The position numbers were made by a program, and so were the translations under genes. Shown piece after piece: positions 41,381 to 55,968 of a stretch of 64,000 bases of DNA. Below the pieces are notes generated by a model. The model saw nothing but the letters and a program-made list of their open reading frames with translations. It had not been told where the DNA came from and did no database searches. Position 1 is the stretch's first letter. Every line of letters starts with the position of its first letter. Source of the stretch: Octopus vulgaris (Eukaryota); the NCBI GenBank assembly GCA_951406725.2, contig OX597819.1, positions 97,526,001 through 97,590,000 of the forward strand, read 5' to 3'.

Positions 41381-42247
41381 ACGAGTAATCTTTTTGGAAA
41401 TTGTCCCAGAAGAAAAAACAAATTGACTGGTTTCAAATATGGGAATTTAAATTTCAATAATTGAATTGATTGGGTGTGGAAACAGCTGCAAGCAGGAATT
41501 TCTCTGCATGAATTCGGAAGTGCCCGAAATCGTCGAGTTATATCGAAGGAATGCCCATATATTAACAATTGGTTGTGTCTTCATGGGGTCACTCTGCATG
41601 CTCACGCTAATGTATAATGACTATTCTTTACAGGTTTCTATTAAATGTGTGAGTGTGATTTTCATTCTTTACCAAAGGATATCTATCTATCTCTATATAT
41701 ATCTTGTTTCTGGCACTAATATCATAATATCTGAAATAATCAATGTAATAATCAATGGTGTTGTTCTTAATGCGCAGCAGTGGTGCAACAAAGTTTAATA
41801 TATGAAAATACATGATAATTTAATAGGAGCCATTGTGTGTGATTTTAGATGGCGGAAATGGATCTAGTACGATGTAGATATATGTTTCTTTGTAGACGAA
41901 AACTGTAGTCAGAGATCTATACTCATGCTTCGCAGAATTACCAGGGCCGTCAGTTAATTTACATGTGACAATGATTATATTTTATTTGTTTCAGTCAATA
42001 GACTGTGGCCGAAGATGATGACATAGCGTGGTAGGAATAAAAGAGCAAAAGACTGAATGCTAATGGAAATAGAAGAGCGTAAAAATATTTCGAAAGACAG
42101 AAATGACATTGCCAAGCTGGAAAATGTGATGGGCAGCAAGAAATGATTGAGCAAAAAGGGAAAACAATTGTAACAGTTGCAGGGTGAAAATGTGTTCGAC
42201 TAAGAAAAATGAAAAAAAAAAAAATGGTATTGCAAGAAAAAAATTGT

Positions 42248-42339
42248 CGCCCGCAGAGGGATTTGAACCCGCGACCCTCAGATTTCATAACCCGGCAGTT
42301 CTTAAAAGTCTGATGCTCTACCGACTGAGCTATGCGGGC
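42248..42339 (-). tRNA. tRNA-Lys(UUU), 19-nt intron
   Basis: Consensus exons (T-loop TTCAAAT); intron core GCCGGG. Confidence 0.9.
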
Positions 42340-42742
42340 TTCCGACCATCCACTCTAACTTTTAGACAAATGAAATATAATGAACTTAGCTACACATTCC
42401 TTGTTAACTGAAACGATTGTTGTATAAAGCTGTCATCTGATATCTTACGTTACCCCGTAGTGATTACTAATAATTCCTTCACATTTACTGCTGATATTTA
42501 ATATAGTAATTCGTTCACTCATCAAGTCCCAACCTGGTAAAGTCATATTGGTCATTCAAAATGTATATACACTACTCTCTTTTAATTATAATCTTTTCTA
42601 CTCTAGGCACAAGGCCCGACATTTTTGTGGAGGGGGCCAGTCGATTAGATCGACCCCAGTACGCAGCTGGTATAATATAGCCATCATTTGCTTCAGTTGC
42701 ATCACGTAATATCTCCTCCTCCTCTACCATCACCACTACAAC

Positions 42743-42795
<53 letters not shown>

Positions 42796-44014
42796 GCAGC
42801 ACCCGAACATTGCTGTCTGGAGTTCTAGGATTCAGAGAGCTGGTTACTTCGTCTCCTTGGCGTGTAGGTGACCGAGATCTCTGCAAATCCTCCTTAATGA
42901 GATGCCAGTTCATTGAAGGCATACACATTGCAGGTGAGTGGACTAAAGTGGACATGATGTAAAGTGTCTTGCTCAAGAATAGAATACGCTGCCCCATTCC
43001 GGTAATCGAAACCTCGGTCTTGGGAGCAACACTCTTACCACTCGGTCACGCGCCTTCACTATCCTTTCTACTGTAGGTATAAGACACAAAGTTTTGGGGT
43101 TTGTTCGAGGGTTGGGGTAGGTTAGTCGATTACATCGACCCAAGTCCTCAACTGGTACTTACTTCATTGTCGGAATTTGAGTTCAGAACGTAGAACCGGG
43201 AGAAGCGTTACTAAGCATTTTGTTCGGCGTGCCAGTGATACTGCCAGTCCACCACAGCCTTATGCGCCTTCCGAATGATAAGGGAATAAAAAAATCAACT
43301 CAAAAATATATATCATGATCATATATCATGTATAATAATTGTCACATGCAGATGTTCCTTAAAAGGAATTATGTGAAAACAGGACATCGATTTCCATTTC
43401 CATTTTCCATCCCAATAAATAAATTATATTTCACACATCTTAAGTCATAACTCTTTAATTTCTTTTTCATTTATTTATAGAATTGTCAATATTTTGTAAG
43501 ACTACTGCGACATGATTACTGACAAAGTTACACTGAGTCTTAAAAACTCCCTTCGGTCACGAATGACCAAGAAGGTTCCTCTCCGAGTCACAAGTCCGGG
43601 CAAGGTTGTTTGTCGAATACCAGTCAGTCCTTTCCACAACGCTGATGTTGTCCAAGAAAACGACAAAGGCCGATTCAGTTTGGCAACAGTAATGTCGCAA
43701 ATTATTTCTACTGCTAAGTGAACTGGAGCAATATGAAATGAAGTGTCTTGCTCAGAAACACAACTCATAGTCCGGTCTAGGAATCGAACTTACAACATCA
43801 CGATTGTAAGCCCAATGTTCTAACCACTGAGCCATGCATCTTCACAAAAAGGTCATCGTAAAGCCACAACGGAGAATCGAACTTTGTATCTCTCAAATTA
43901 TCTTGAAAACACCTAATAATTTATAAACATCTAATGTTAAAGTGGAAAAATTATCAGAACATATTTCTATTCAGTTTTGCAAATATAGAATACTGTACGA
44001 TTGACTATTTGTTT

Positions 44015-44080
<66 letters not shown>

Positions 44081-44680
44081 AACACACACACACACGCACG
44101 TGTACTACTACTACTATATACTACTACTATACTATATATATATACACACATATATATATAACATATATATATATATATATATATATATCAATAATTAAGG
44201 GTAAAATCAATTAGTTATTAATTAATTTCACCAAGTATTTCTCAGTATGTAAAAACCATTCAAGGCGTATTCAAAATATTTCACGTGGATGGGAGGGGAA
44301 GGTACATAGATTCTTTACTTGCACTGTTTGAATTCGCTGGCACTATCAGTTTGGAGGTGTTCGTCTGAGGTGATTCATGTCGGATGAGTATGTTCATTAT
44401 TTTTAGTGCTTTCAAATCCAAATAAGAAATGTTGAGCTGACGAAAGAAATGTCGAGTTTTAATTCGGCTAATCTAGAAACGTTGAACGTTCTCAAATAAT
44501 CTTTGTACTTGTGATATTTTGTTGTTTTCCCTCCATGTCTACGTGAGTTATTTTTGAGTAAGCACTTTCAGGGAGATTCTTCTTAAAGTAGTAGAAATGG
44601 CTAAACAAAAATTTTCTTTGGCTGCTATTTCTAAAAATTTCAGTATGTGGCAAAGTAAATTATTATACTAAGCCCTTAAT

Positions 44681-44749
<69 letters not shown>

Positions 44750-44938
44750 AAAAGAAGAAAAAAGAAAAAAATGACGTACAGAAGTTGATTATTCATAGAA
44801 ATTTAAATTCATGCAGAGAAATTCCTGCATACAGCTGTTTCCACACCTAATCAATTGAATTATGGAAATGTAAATTCCAATCTTTGAAACCAGTTTATTG
44901 GATATTTCTTCAGGGACAACTTCCAAAAGAAAATTCGT

Positions 44939-45030
44939 CGCCTGCAGAGGGACTTGAACCCGCGACCCTCAGATTTCATAACTCGACAGTTCTTAAAAGT
45001 CTGATGCTCTACCGACTGAGCTATGCGGGC
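44939..45030 (-). tRNA. tRNA-Lys(UUU), 19-nt intron
   Basis: C4:A69 mismatch; intron core GTCGAG. Confidence 0.75.
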
Positions 45031-45455
45031 TTCAACCGCTAGATTTAACTTTTAGACAAATGAAATATAATGGACTTAGCTACACATTCCTTGTTAAAGG
45101 AAACGATTGTTGTATAAAGCTGTCATCTGATATCTTATGTTACCCCTTAGTGGTTTCTAATAACTCCTTCAACTTTACTACTGATATTTAATATAGTAAT
45201 TCGTTCATTCATCAAGTCCCATCCTGGTAAAGTCATATTGATCATTCAAAATGTATATACACTATTCTCTTTCAATTATAATCTTTTCTACTCTAGGCAC
45301 AAGGCCCGACATTTTTGTGGAGGGTGCCAGTCGAATAGATCGACCCCAGAGCGCAGGTGGTATAATATAGCACTGTACCTATGCCTATGTTTAGCCTCTT
45401 GTGGGTAATAAAGAAATAGGTATAATATAGCCCTCATCTGTTTCAGTTGCATCAC

Positions 45456-45695
45456 GAGAACTATGTTATGAAGTATCTTTCCATATTTCTCCTGAAGGAG
45501 GTGTCATTCTTTGGACATTTGTAGAAGGGAAAGATCTTAAATTTTCCTTCTCCACATGTATCTGGGTATTTACTCAGTGAAACACCTAGAAACATGTGGA
45601 GAAGGAAAATTTAAGATCTTTCCCTTCTACAAATGTCCAAAGAATGACACCTCCTTCAGGAGAAATATGGAACAATACTTCATAACAAAGTTCTC
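45456..45695. repeat. 240-bp palindrome, loop orientation A
   Basis: As 32341. Confidence 0.95.
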
Positions 45696-45774
45696 CACCA
45701 AATTAAATGGCTGAAAATATTTCTATAATATTTTGTACTAGATGAAGGACGAAATTTGTAAAGTAAATTGTATT

Positions 45775-45807
<33 letters not shown>

Positions 45808-46025
45808 CACACAAACAGTACTACACATATGTACATACAAATAAATAAAAACACTCTTTCATCCAGATTCTCCAACCCATATCAGCACAGGTATCAAACA
45901 TTGGATTGAAAGACTCACCAGTTGCAAAAATGTAAACACATTTTTTTCTTCTTTCCCTCCTCCTCCTCCTTCCTTTCATTCCCTTTCCCATTCGACATTC
46001 CTTTCAGATACACAGACACTCACAC

Positions 46026-46106
<81 letters not shown>

Positions 46107-46349
46107 CTCTCTCTCTCTCACACAAGACAATGATAAAAAAAGAAATCAAGACAATTTTTTGAAAAGTGACATTTTGCTCCCCTTGGAGTGACCAGCTGGG
46201 TTTGCGATTTTTAAAAGCCAATAATCACTTACCATTGAAAGACTGACCAGCTGCAAAGATATCAGCAAATTTTTTCTTCTTTCTCTCCTTCTTCTTCCTT
46301 TCCTTCTCTTTTTCTTTAAAACTTCTTTAAGATACAAAAACACACACGA

Positions 46350-46380
<31 letters not shown>

Positions 46381-46648
46381 TTCTCCCCATTCTTCACCCT
46401 CTTGTAGTATCTTAAAATCTCTCCCCGCCCCTACACACTCAATAATACTATAAAAGGAGACAAAATTCCTGCAAAAGTTCAATTTGAAAACTCCACTAGA
46501 GTGGACCAAAGCGCTTTTATATGATATATGATTCATAAAAAATGTAACATACTAATAAATATCTGTAAATATAAAACCATCCAGCAAATATAAAACCAAC
46601 CAGTCAATTGGGCATTTCTTCTTGGACAATTTCCAAAAGAAAAATCGT

Positions 46649-46740
46649 CGCCCGCAGAAGGACTTGAACCCGCGACCCTCAGATTTCATAACACGACAGT
46701 TCTTAAAAGTCTGATGCTCTACCGACTGAGCTATGCGGGC
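46649..46740 (-). tRNA. tRNA-Lys(UUU), 19-nt intron
   Basis: G51.U63 wobble; intron core GTCGTG. Confidence 0.8.
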
Positions 46741-46941
46741 TGACATGCGATTCAACGAAAATTTAGATAGATTAAATCTTTTGAACTTAGCTAATATATA
46801 CCTACGTACATACATACACACAAGCATACATACATATATACATATATACATTCATACATACATACATACATACATACATACATACATACATACATACATA
46901 CATACATACATACACACATACACAAACAATACTCAGATGAA

Positions 46942-46977
46942 ATCTGAGGGTCGCGGGTTCAAATCCTTCTGGGGGCA
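46942..46977 (+). pseudogene. Inverted tRNA-Lys 3' half
   Basis: 3' exon only. Confidence 0.85.
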
Positions 46978-47113
46978 ACGAGTTTTCTTTTGGAAATTGG
47001 TCCAGAAGAAATAACCAATTGACAGGTTTCAAACAAGGAGGGGGCCAGTCGAATAGATCGACTCCAGTACGCAGCTGGTTTAATATAGCCATCAGTTATT
47101 TCAGTTGCAACAC

Positions 47114-47353
47114 GAGAACTATGTTATGAAGTATTTTTCCATATTTCTCCTGAAGGAGGTGTCATTCTTTGGACATTTGTAGAAGGGAAAGATCTTAAAT
47201 TTTCCTTCTCCACATGTATCTTGGTATTTACTCAGCGAAACACCTAGAAACATGTGGAGAAGGAAAATTTAAGATCTTTCCCTTCTACAAATGTCCAAAG
47301 AATGACACCTCCTTCAGGAGAAATATGGAAAAATACTTCATAACATAGTTCTC
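47114..47353. repeat. 240-bp palindrome, loop orientation A
   Basis: As 34207. Confidence 0.95.
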
Positions 47354-47432
47354 CACCAAATTAAATGACTGAAAATATTTCTATAATAATTTGTACTAGA
47401 TGAAGGACCAATTTTGTAAAGTAAATTGTATT

Positions 47433-47508
<76 letters not shown>

Positions 47509-47736
47509 ACAAACAGTACTACACATATGTATATATACGTAAAGAAAATCACTCTTTCATCCAGGTTCTCCAACCCATATCAGCACAGGTATCAAACATT
47601 GGATTGAAAGCCTCACCAGTTGCAAAAATGTAAACACATTTTTTTTCTTTCCCTCCTCCTCCTTCCTTTCATTCCCCTTTCCCATTTGACACACTTTTCA
47701 GATACACAGACACCCACACACACGCGCACATACACG

Positions 47737-47798
<62 letters not shown>

Positions 47799-48329
47799 CG
47801 CGCGCACCCTCTCTCTCTCTCTCTCTCTCAGAAGACAATGATAAAAAAGAAATCCAGATAATTATTTGAAAAGTGACATTTTGCTCCCCTTGGAGTGACC
47901 AGCTGGGTTTGCCATTTTTAAAAGCCAATAATCACTTACCATTGAAAGACTGACCAGCTGCAAAGATATCAGCAAATTTTTTCTTCTTTCTCTCCTTCTT
48001 CTCCCTTTCCTTCTATTTTTCTTTAACACTACTTTAGGATACAAAAACACACACGATCTCTCTCTCTCTCTCTCTGTCACTTTCTCCACATTCTTCACCC
48101 TCTTGTAGAATCATATATCTCTCCCCGCCACTACACACTCAATAATACTATAAATGGAGACAAAATTCTTGCAAAAGTTCAATTTGAAAACTCCACTAGA
48201 GTGGACGAAAGCGCTTTTATATGATATATGATTCATAACAAATGTAACATACTTATAAATATCTGTAAATATAAAACCAATCAGTCAATTGGACATTTCT
48301 TCTGCAACAATTTCCAAAACAAAAAACGT

Positions 48330-48421
48330 CGCCCGTATAGGGACTTGAACCCGCGACCCTCAGATTTCATAACACGGTAGTTCTTAAAAGTCTGATGCTC
48401 TACCGACTGAGCTATGCGGGC
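48330..48421 (-). pseudogene. tRNA-Lys(UUU) probable pseudogene
   Basis: G49:A65 and C6:A67 mismatches; intron core ACCGTG. Confidence 0.65.
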
Positions 48422-48558
48422 TGACACACAAAACAACGAAAATTTAGATAGATTAAATCTTTTGAACTTAGCTACTATATACATACGTACATACATACAT
48501 ACATACATACATACATACATACATACATACATACATACACAAACAATACTCAGATGAA

Positions 48559-48588
48559 ATCTGAGGGTCGCGGGTTCAAATCCCTCTG
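48559..48588 (+). pseudogene. Inverted, 3'-truncated tRNA-Lys 3' half
   Basis: Ends at TCCCTCTG. Confidence 0.8.
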
Positions 48589-49188
48589 ATTATTTAATCC
48601 CATTGATTATTTAAGATTTTCATTTTTTACCAAAGGACATATATCTATATAAATATTTTGTTTTCTGGCACTAATATTACAATATCTTAAAATGTAATAA
48701 TCAATAGTGTTGCTCTTAATGCGCAGCAGTGGTGCAACGAAGTTTAATATATGAAAATACATGATAATATAAGAGGAGCCATTGTGTGTGATTTTAGATG
48801 GCTGAAATGGATCTAGTACCATGTAAATGTATGTTTCTTTATAGATGAAAACTGTAGTCAGAGATCTATACTCATGCTTCACAGAATTACCAGGACCGTC
48901 AGTTAATTTACTTGTGACAATGATTAAATTTTACTTGTTTCAGTAATTAGACTGTGGCCGAAGATGATGACATAGCGTGGCAGGAATAAAAGAGCAAAAG
49001 ACTGAATGCTAAGGGAAATAGAAGAGCGTAAAAATATTTCGAAAGACCGGAAGGACATTGCCAAGCTGGAAAACGTGATGGGCAGCAAGAAAGGATTGAG
49101 CAAAAAGGGAAAGCAATTGTAACAGTTGCCGGGTGAAAATGTGTTCGACTACGAGAAAAAAAAATGGTATTGCAAGAAAATAATATGT

Positions 49189-49280
49189 CACCCGCAGAGG
49201 GACTTGAACCCTCGATCCTCAAATTTCATAACACGACAGTTCTTAAAAGTCTGATGCTCTACCGACTGAGCTATGCGGGC
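49189..49280 (-). tRNA. tRNA-Lys(UUU), 19-nt intron (variant)
   Basis: A50-U64 paired, G1.U72, G30.U40; intron core GTCGTG. Confidence 0.7.
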
Positions 49281-49793
49281 TTCCTCTCGTCCAGTTTAAC
49301 TTTTAGGCAACTGAAATATTATGGACTTAGCTAGACATTCCTTGTTAACTGAAACGATTGTTGCATAGAGCTGTCATCTGATATCTTATGTCACACCGTA
49401 GTGATTACTAATAATTCCTTCACATTAACTACTGGTATTTAATATAGCAATTCGTTCACTCATCAAGTCCCATCCTGGTAAAGTCATATTGGTCATTCAA
49501 AATGTATATACACTACTCACTTTCAATTATAATCTTTTCTACTCTAGGCACAAGGCCCGACATTTTTGTGGAGGGGCCAGTCGAATAGTTCGACCCCAGT
49601 GCGCAGGTGGTATAATATAGATAGAAAGATGATAGAAAAAATGATGTACAGAATGTTTTATTGAAAGAAATTCGAATTCCTGCTTACACTTGTTTCCACA
49701 CCTAATGAATTCAATTCAAGAAATTTAAGTTCTCACATCTGAAAACAGTTAATTGGGTATTTCTTCAAGGTCATTTTCGAAAAGAGAAGTCGT

Positions 49794-49884
49794 CGCCCGC
49801 AGAGGGACTTAACATGCGTCCCTCAGATTTCATCAATCTAAAGTTCTTAAAAGTCTGATCCTCTACCGACTGAGCTATACGGGC
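49794..49884 (-). pseudogene. tRNA-Lys(UUU) pseudogene
   Basis: B-box destroyed, D-stem change; intron core TTAGAT. Confidence 0.85.
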
Positions 49885-50140
49885 TGTCAAGCGTTTCAGC
49901 GAAAAGTTAGATAGATTAAATCTTTTGAACCTATCTACTATATACATACGTACATATATACAAACATACATACATACAATACTACTTGCAATGGTTACAT
50001 TTCTACTCTAGGCACAAGGCCCGACATTTTTGTAGAGGAGGCCAGTCGATTAGATCGACCCTAGTGCGCAGGTGTTTAGCCCATTGTGGGTAATAAAGAA
50101 ATGGGTATAACATAGTCCTCATCTGTTTCAGTTGCATCAC

Positions 50141-50380
50141 GAGAACTATGTTATGAAGTATTTTTCCATATTTCTCCTGAAGGAGGTGTCATTCTTTGGA
50201 CATTTGTAGAAGGAAAAGATCTTAAATTTTCCTTCTCCACATGTATCTGGGTATTTACTCAGTGAAACACCTAGAAACATGTGGAGAAGGAAAATTTAAG
50301 ATCTTTCCCTTCTACAAATGTCCAAAGAATGACACCTCCTTCAGGAGAAATATGGAACAATACTTCATAACAAAGTTCTC
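50141..50380. repeat. 240-bp palindrome, loop orientation A
   Basis: As 32341. Confidence 0.95.
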
Positions 50381-50459
50381 CACCAAATTAAATGGCTAAA
50401 AATGTTTCTATAATATTTTGTACTAGATGAAGGACCAAATTTGTAAAGTAAATTGTATT

Positions 50460-50495
<36 letters not shown>

Positions 50496-50705
50496 GCACA
50501 CAAACAGTACTACACATATGTACATATAAATAAATAAAAACACTCTTTCATCCAGATTCTCCAACCCATATCAGCACAGGTATCAAACATTGGATTGAAA
50601 GACTCACCAGTTGCAAAAATGTAAACACATTTTTTCTTCTTTCCCTCCTCCTCCTCCTTCCTTTCATTCCCTTTCCCATTTGACACTTCCTTTCAGATAC
50701 ACAGA

Positions 50706-50789
<84 letters not shown>

Positions 50790-51582
50790 CTCTCTCTCAC
50801 ACAAGACAATGATAAAAAAAGAAATCAAGACAATTTTTTGAAAAGTGACATTTTGCTCCCCTTGGAGTGACCAACTGGGTTTGCCATTTCTAAAAGCCAA
50901 TAATCACTTACCATTGAAAGACTGACCAGCTGCAAAGATATCAGCAAATTTTTTCTTCTTTCTCTCCTTCTTCTTCCTTTCCTTCTCTTTTTCTTTAAAA
51001 CTTATTTAAGATACAAAAACACACACGATCTCTCTCTCTCTCTCTCTCTCTCTCACTTTCTCCCCATTCTTCACCCTCTTGTAGTATCTTAAAATCTCTC
51101 CCCGCCCCTACACACTCAATAATACTATAAAAGGAGACAAAATTCCTGCAAAAGTTCAATTTGAAAACTCCACTAGAGTGGACGAAAGCGCTTTTATATG
51201 ATATATGATTCATAAGAAATGTAACATACTAATAAATATCTGTAAATATAAAACCATCCAGCAAATATAAAACCAACCAGTCAATTGGGCATTTTCTTCT
51301 TGGACAATTTCCAAAAGAAAAATCGTCGCACACCCTCTCTCTCTCTCTCTCTCTCTCAGAAGACAATGATAAAAAAGAAATCCAGATAATTATTTGAAAA
51401 GTGACATTTTGCTCCTCTTGGAGTGACCAGCTGGGTTTGCCATTTTTAAAAGCCAATAATCACTTACCATTGAAAGACTGACCAGCTGCAAAGATATCAG
51501 CAAATCTTTTCTTCTTTCTCTCCTTCTTCTCCCTTTCCTTCTATTTTTCTTTAACACTACTTTAGGATACAAAAACACACAC

Positions 51583-51624
<42 letters not shown>

Positions 51625-51875
51625 ACTTTCTCCACATTCTTCACCCTCTTGTAGAATCATATATCTCTCCCCGCCCCTACACACTCAATAATACTATAAA
51701 TGGAGACAAAATTCTTGCAAAAGTTCAATTTGAAAACTCCACTAGAGTGGACGAAAGCGCTTTTATATGATATATGATTCATAACAAATGTAACATACTT
51801 ATAAATATCTGTAAATATAAAACCAACCAGTCAATTGGACATTTCTTCTGCAACAATTTCCAAAACAAAAAACGT

Positions 51876-51967
51876 CGCCCGTATAGGGACTTGAACCCGC
51901 GACCCTCAGATTTCATAACACGGTAGTTCTTAAAAGTCTGATGCTCTACCGACTGAGCTATGCGGGC
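51876..51967 (-). pseudogene. tRNA-Lys(UUU) probable pseudogene
   Basis: Duplicate of 48330. Confidence 0.65.
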
Positions 51968-52092
51968 TGACACACAAAACAACGAAAACTTAGATAGATT
52001 AAATCTTTTGAACTTAGCTACTATATACATACGTACATACATACATACATACATACATACATACATACATACACAAACAATACTCAGATGAA

Positions 52093-52122
52093 ATCTGAGG
52101 GTCGCGGGTTCAAATCCCTCTG
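52093..52122 (+). pseudogene. Inverted, 3'-truncated tRNA-Lys 3' half
   Basis: Duplicate of 48559. Confidence 0.8.
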
Positions 52123-52722
52123 ATTATTTAATCCCATTGATTATTTAAGATTTTCATTTTTTACCAAAGGACATCTATCTATATAAATATTTTGTTTTCT
52201 GGCACTAATATTACAATATCTTAAAATGTAATAATCAATAGTGTTGCTCTTAATGCGCAGCAGTGGTGCAACGAAGTTTAATATATGAAAATACATGATA
52301 ATATAAGAGGAGCCATTGTGTGTGATTTTAGATGGCTGAAATGGATCTAGTACCATGTAAATGTATGTTTCTTTATAGATGAAAACTGTAGTCAGAGATC
52401 TATACTCATGCTTCACAGAATTACCAGGACCGTCAGTTAATTTACTTGTGACAATGATTAAATTTTACTTGTTTCAGTAATTAGACTGTGGCCGAAGATG
52501 ATGACATAGCGTGGCAGGAATAAAAGAGCAAAAGACTGAATGCTAAGGGAAATAGAAGAGCGTAAAAATATTTCGAAAGACCGGAAGGACATTGCCAAGC
52601 TGGAAAACGTGATGGGCAGCAAGAAAGGATTGAGCAAAAAGGGAAAGCAATTGTAACAGTTGCCGGGTGAAAATGTGTTCGACTACGAGAAAAAAAAATG
52701 GTATTGCAAGAAAATAATATGT

Positions 52723-52814
52723 CACCCGCAGAGAGACTTGAACCCTCGACCCTCAGATTTCATAACACGACAGTTCTTAAAAGTCTGATGCTCTACCGAC
52801 TGAGCTATGCGGGC
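52723..52814 (-). tRNA. tRNA-Lys(UUU), 19-nt intron (variant)
   Basis: A50-U64 paired, G1.U72, G52.U62; intron core GTCGTG. Confidence 0.7.
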
Positions 52815-53328
52815 TTCCTCTCGTCCAGTTTAACTTTTAGGCAACTGAAATATTATGGACTTAGCTAGACATTCCTTGTTAACTGAAACGATTGTTGCAT
52901 AGAGCTGTCATCTGATATCTTATGTCACACCGTAGTGATTACTAATAATTCCTTCACATTAACTACTGGTATTTAATATAGCAATTCGTTCACTCATCAA
53001 GTCCCATCCTGGTAAAGTCATATTGGTCATTCAAAATGTATATACACTACTCACTTTCAATTATAATCTTTTCTACTCTAGGCACAAGGCCCGACATTTT
53101 TGTGGAGGGGCCAGTCGAATAGTTTGACCCCAGTGCGCAGGTGGTATAATATAGATAGAAAGATGATAGAAAAAAATGATGTACAGAATGTTTTATTGAA
53201 AGAAATTCGAATTCCTGCTTACACTTGTTTCCACACCTAATGAATTCAATTCAAGAAATTTAAGTTCTCACATCTGAAAACAGTTAATTGGGTATTTCTT
53301 CAAGGTCATTTTCGAAAAGAGAAGTCGT

Positions 53329-53419
53329 CGCCCGCAGAGGGACTTAACATGCGTCCCTCAGATTTCATCAATCTAAAGTTCTTAAAAGTCTGATCCTCTA
53401 CCGACTGAGCTATACGGGC
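53329..53419 (-). pseudogene. tRNA-Lys(UUU) pseudogene
   Basis: Duplicate of 49794. Confidence 0.85.
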
Positions 53420-53690
53420 TGTCAAGCGTTTCAGCGAAAAGTTAGATAGATTAAATCTTTTGAACCTATCTACTATATACATACGTACATATATACAAAC
53501 ATACATACATACAATACTACTTGCAATGGTTACATTGCAATGGTTACATTTCTACTCTAGGCACAAGGCCCGACATTTTTGTAGAGGGGGGCCAGTCGAA
53601 TAGATCGACCTCAGTGCGCAGGTGTTTAGCCCATAGTGGGTAATAAAGAAATGGGTATAACATAGTCCTCATCTGTTTCAGTTGCATCAC

Positions 53691-53930
53691 GAGAACTATG
53701 TTATGAAGTATTTTCCCATATTTCTCCTGAAGGAGGTGTCATTCTTTGGACATTTGTAGAAAGAAAAGATCTTAAATTTTCCTTCTCCACATGTATCTGG
53801 GTATTTACTCAGTGAAACACCTAGAAACATGTGGAGGAGGAAAATTTAAGATCTTTCCCTTCTACAAATGTCCAAAGAATGACACCTCTTTCAGGAGAAA
53901 TATGGAAAAATACTTCGTAACAAAGTTCTC
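53691..53930. repeat. 240-bp palindrome, loop orientation A
   Basis: As 32341. Confidence 0.95.
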
Positions 53931-54009
53931 CCCCAAATTAAATGGCTAAAAATGTTTCTATAATATTTTGTACTAGATGAAGGACCAAATTTGTAAAGTA
54001 AATTGTATT

Positions 54010-54045
<36 letters not shown>

Positions 54046-54273
54046 GCACACAAACAGTACTACACATATGTACATATAAATAAATAAAAACACTCTTTCA
54101 TCCAGATTCTCCAACCCATATCAGCACAGGTATCAAACATTGGATTGAAAGACTCACCAGTTGCAAAAATGTAAACACATTTTTTCTTGTTTCCCTCCTC
54201 CTCCTCCTTCCTTTCATTCCCTTTCCCATTTGACACTTCCTTTCAGATACACAGACACCCACACACACGCGCA

Positions 54274-54337
<64 letters not shown>

Positions 54338-54894
54338 CTCTCTCTCTCTCTCTCACACAAGACAATGATAAAAAAAGAAATCAAGACAATTTTTTGAAAA
54401 GTGACATTTTGCTCCCCTTGGAGTGACCAACTGGGTTTGCCATTTCTAAAAGCCAATAATCACTTACCATTGAAAGACTGACCAGCTGCAAAGATATCAG
54501 CAAATTTTTTCTTCTTTCTCTCCTTCTTCTTCCTTTCCTTCTCTTTTTCTTTAACACCTCTTTAAGATACAAAAACACACACGATCTCTCTCTCTCTCTC
54601 TGTCTCTCTCTCTCTCTCTCACTTTCTCCCCATTCTTCACACCCTCTTGTAGTATCTTAAAATCTCTCCCCGACCCTACACACTCAATAATACTATAAAA
54701 GGAGACAAAATTCCTGCAAAAGTTCAATTTGAAAACTCCACTAGAGTGGACCAAAGCGCTTTTATATGATATATGATTCATAAAAAATGTAACATACTAA
54801 TAAATATCTGTAAATATAAAACCATCCAGCAAATATAAAACCAACCAGTCAATTGGGCATTTTCTTCTTGGACAATTTCCAAAAGAAAAATCGT

Positions 54895-54986
54895 CGCCCG
54901 CAGAGGGACTTGAACCCGCGACCCTCAGATTTCATAACACGGCAGTTCTTAAAAGTCTGATGCTCTACCGACTGAGCTATGCGGGC
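54895..54986 (-). tRNA. tRNA-Lys(UUU), 19-nt intron
   Basis: Consensus exons; intron core GCCGTG. Confidence 0.9.
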
Positions 54987-55175
54987 TGACATGCGATTCA
55001 ACAAAAATTTAGATAGATTAAATCTTTTGAACTTAGCTAATATATATCTACGTACATACATACACACAAGCATACATACATATATACATACATACATGCA
55101 TACAAACATACATACATACATACATACATACATACATACATACATACATACATACACAAACAATACTCAGATGAA

Positions 55176-55211
55176 ATCTGAGGGTCTTGGGTTCAAATCC
55201 TTCTGGGGGCG
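55176..55211 (+). pseudogene. Inverted tRNA-Lys 3' half
   Basis: 3' exon only, degenerate. Confidence 0.8.
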
Positions 55212-55347
55212 ACGAGTTTTCTTTTGGAAATTGGTCCAGAAGAAATAACCAATTGACAGGTTTCAAACAAGGAGGGGTCCAGTCGAATAGATCGACTCCA
55301 GTACGCAGCTGGTTTAATATAGCCATCAGTTATTTCAGTTGCAACAC

Positions 55348-55587
55348 GAGAACTATGTTATGAAGTATTTTTCCATATTTCTCCTGAAGGAGGTGTCATT
55401 CTTTGGACATTTGTAGAAGGGAAAGATCTTAAATTTTCCTTCTCCACATGTATCTAGGTATTTACTCAGCGAAACACCTAGAAACATGTGGAGAAGGAAA
55501 ATTTAAGATCTTTCCCTTCTACAAATGTCCAAAGAATGACACCTCCTTCAGGAGAAATATGGAAAAATACTTCATAACAAAGTTCTC
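55348..55587. repeat. 240-bp palindrome, loop orientation A
   Basis: As 34207. Confidence 0.95.
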
Positions 55588-55665
55588 CACCAAATTAAAT
55601 GACTGAAAATATTTCTATAATATTTGTACTAGATGAAGGACCAAATTTGTAAAGTAAATTGTATT

Positions 55666-55715
<50 letters not shown>

Positions 55716-55930
55716 ACAAACAGTACTACACATATGTACATATACGTAAAGAAAATCACTCTTTCATCCAACACGTATCAGCACAGGTATCAAACATTGG
55801 ATTGAAACCCTCACCAGTTGCAAAAATGTAAACACATTTTTTTTTCTTTCCCTCCTCCTCCTTCCTTTCATTCCCCTTTCCCATTCGACACACTTTTAAG
55901 ATACACAGACACCCACACACACGCGCACAT

Positions 55931-55968
<38 letters not shown>

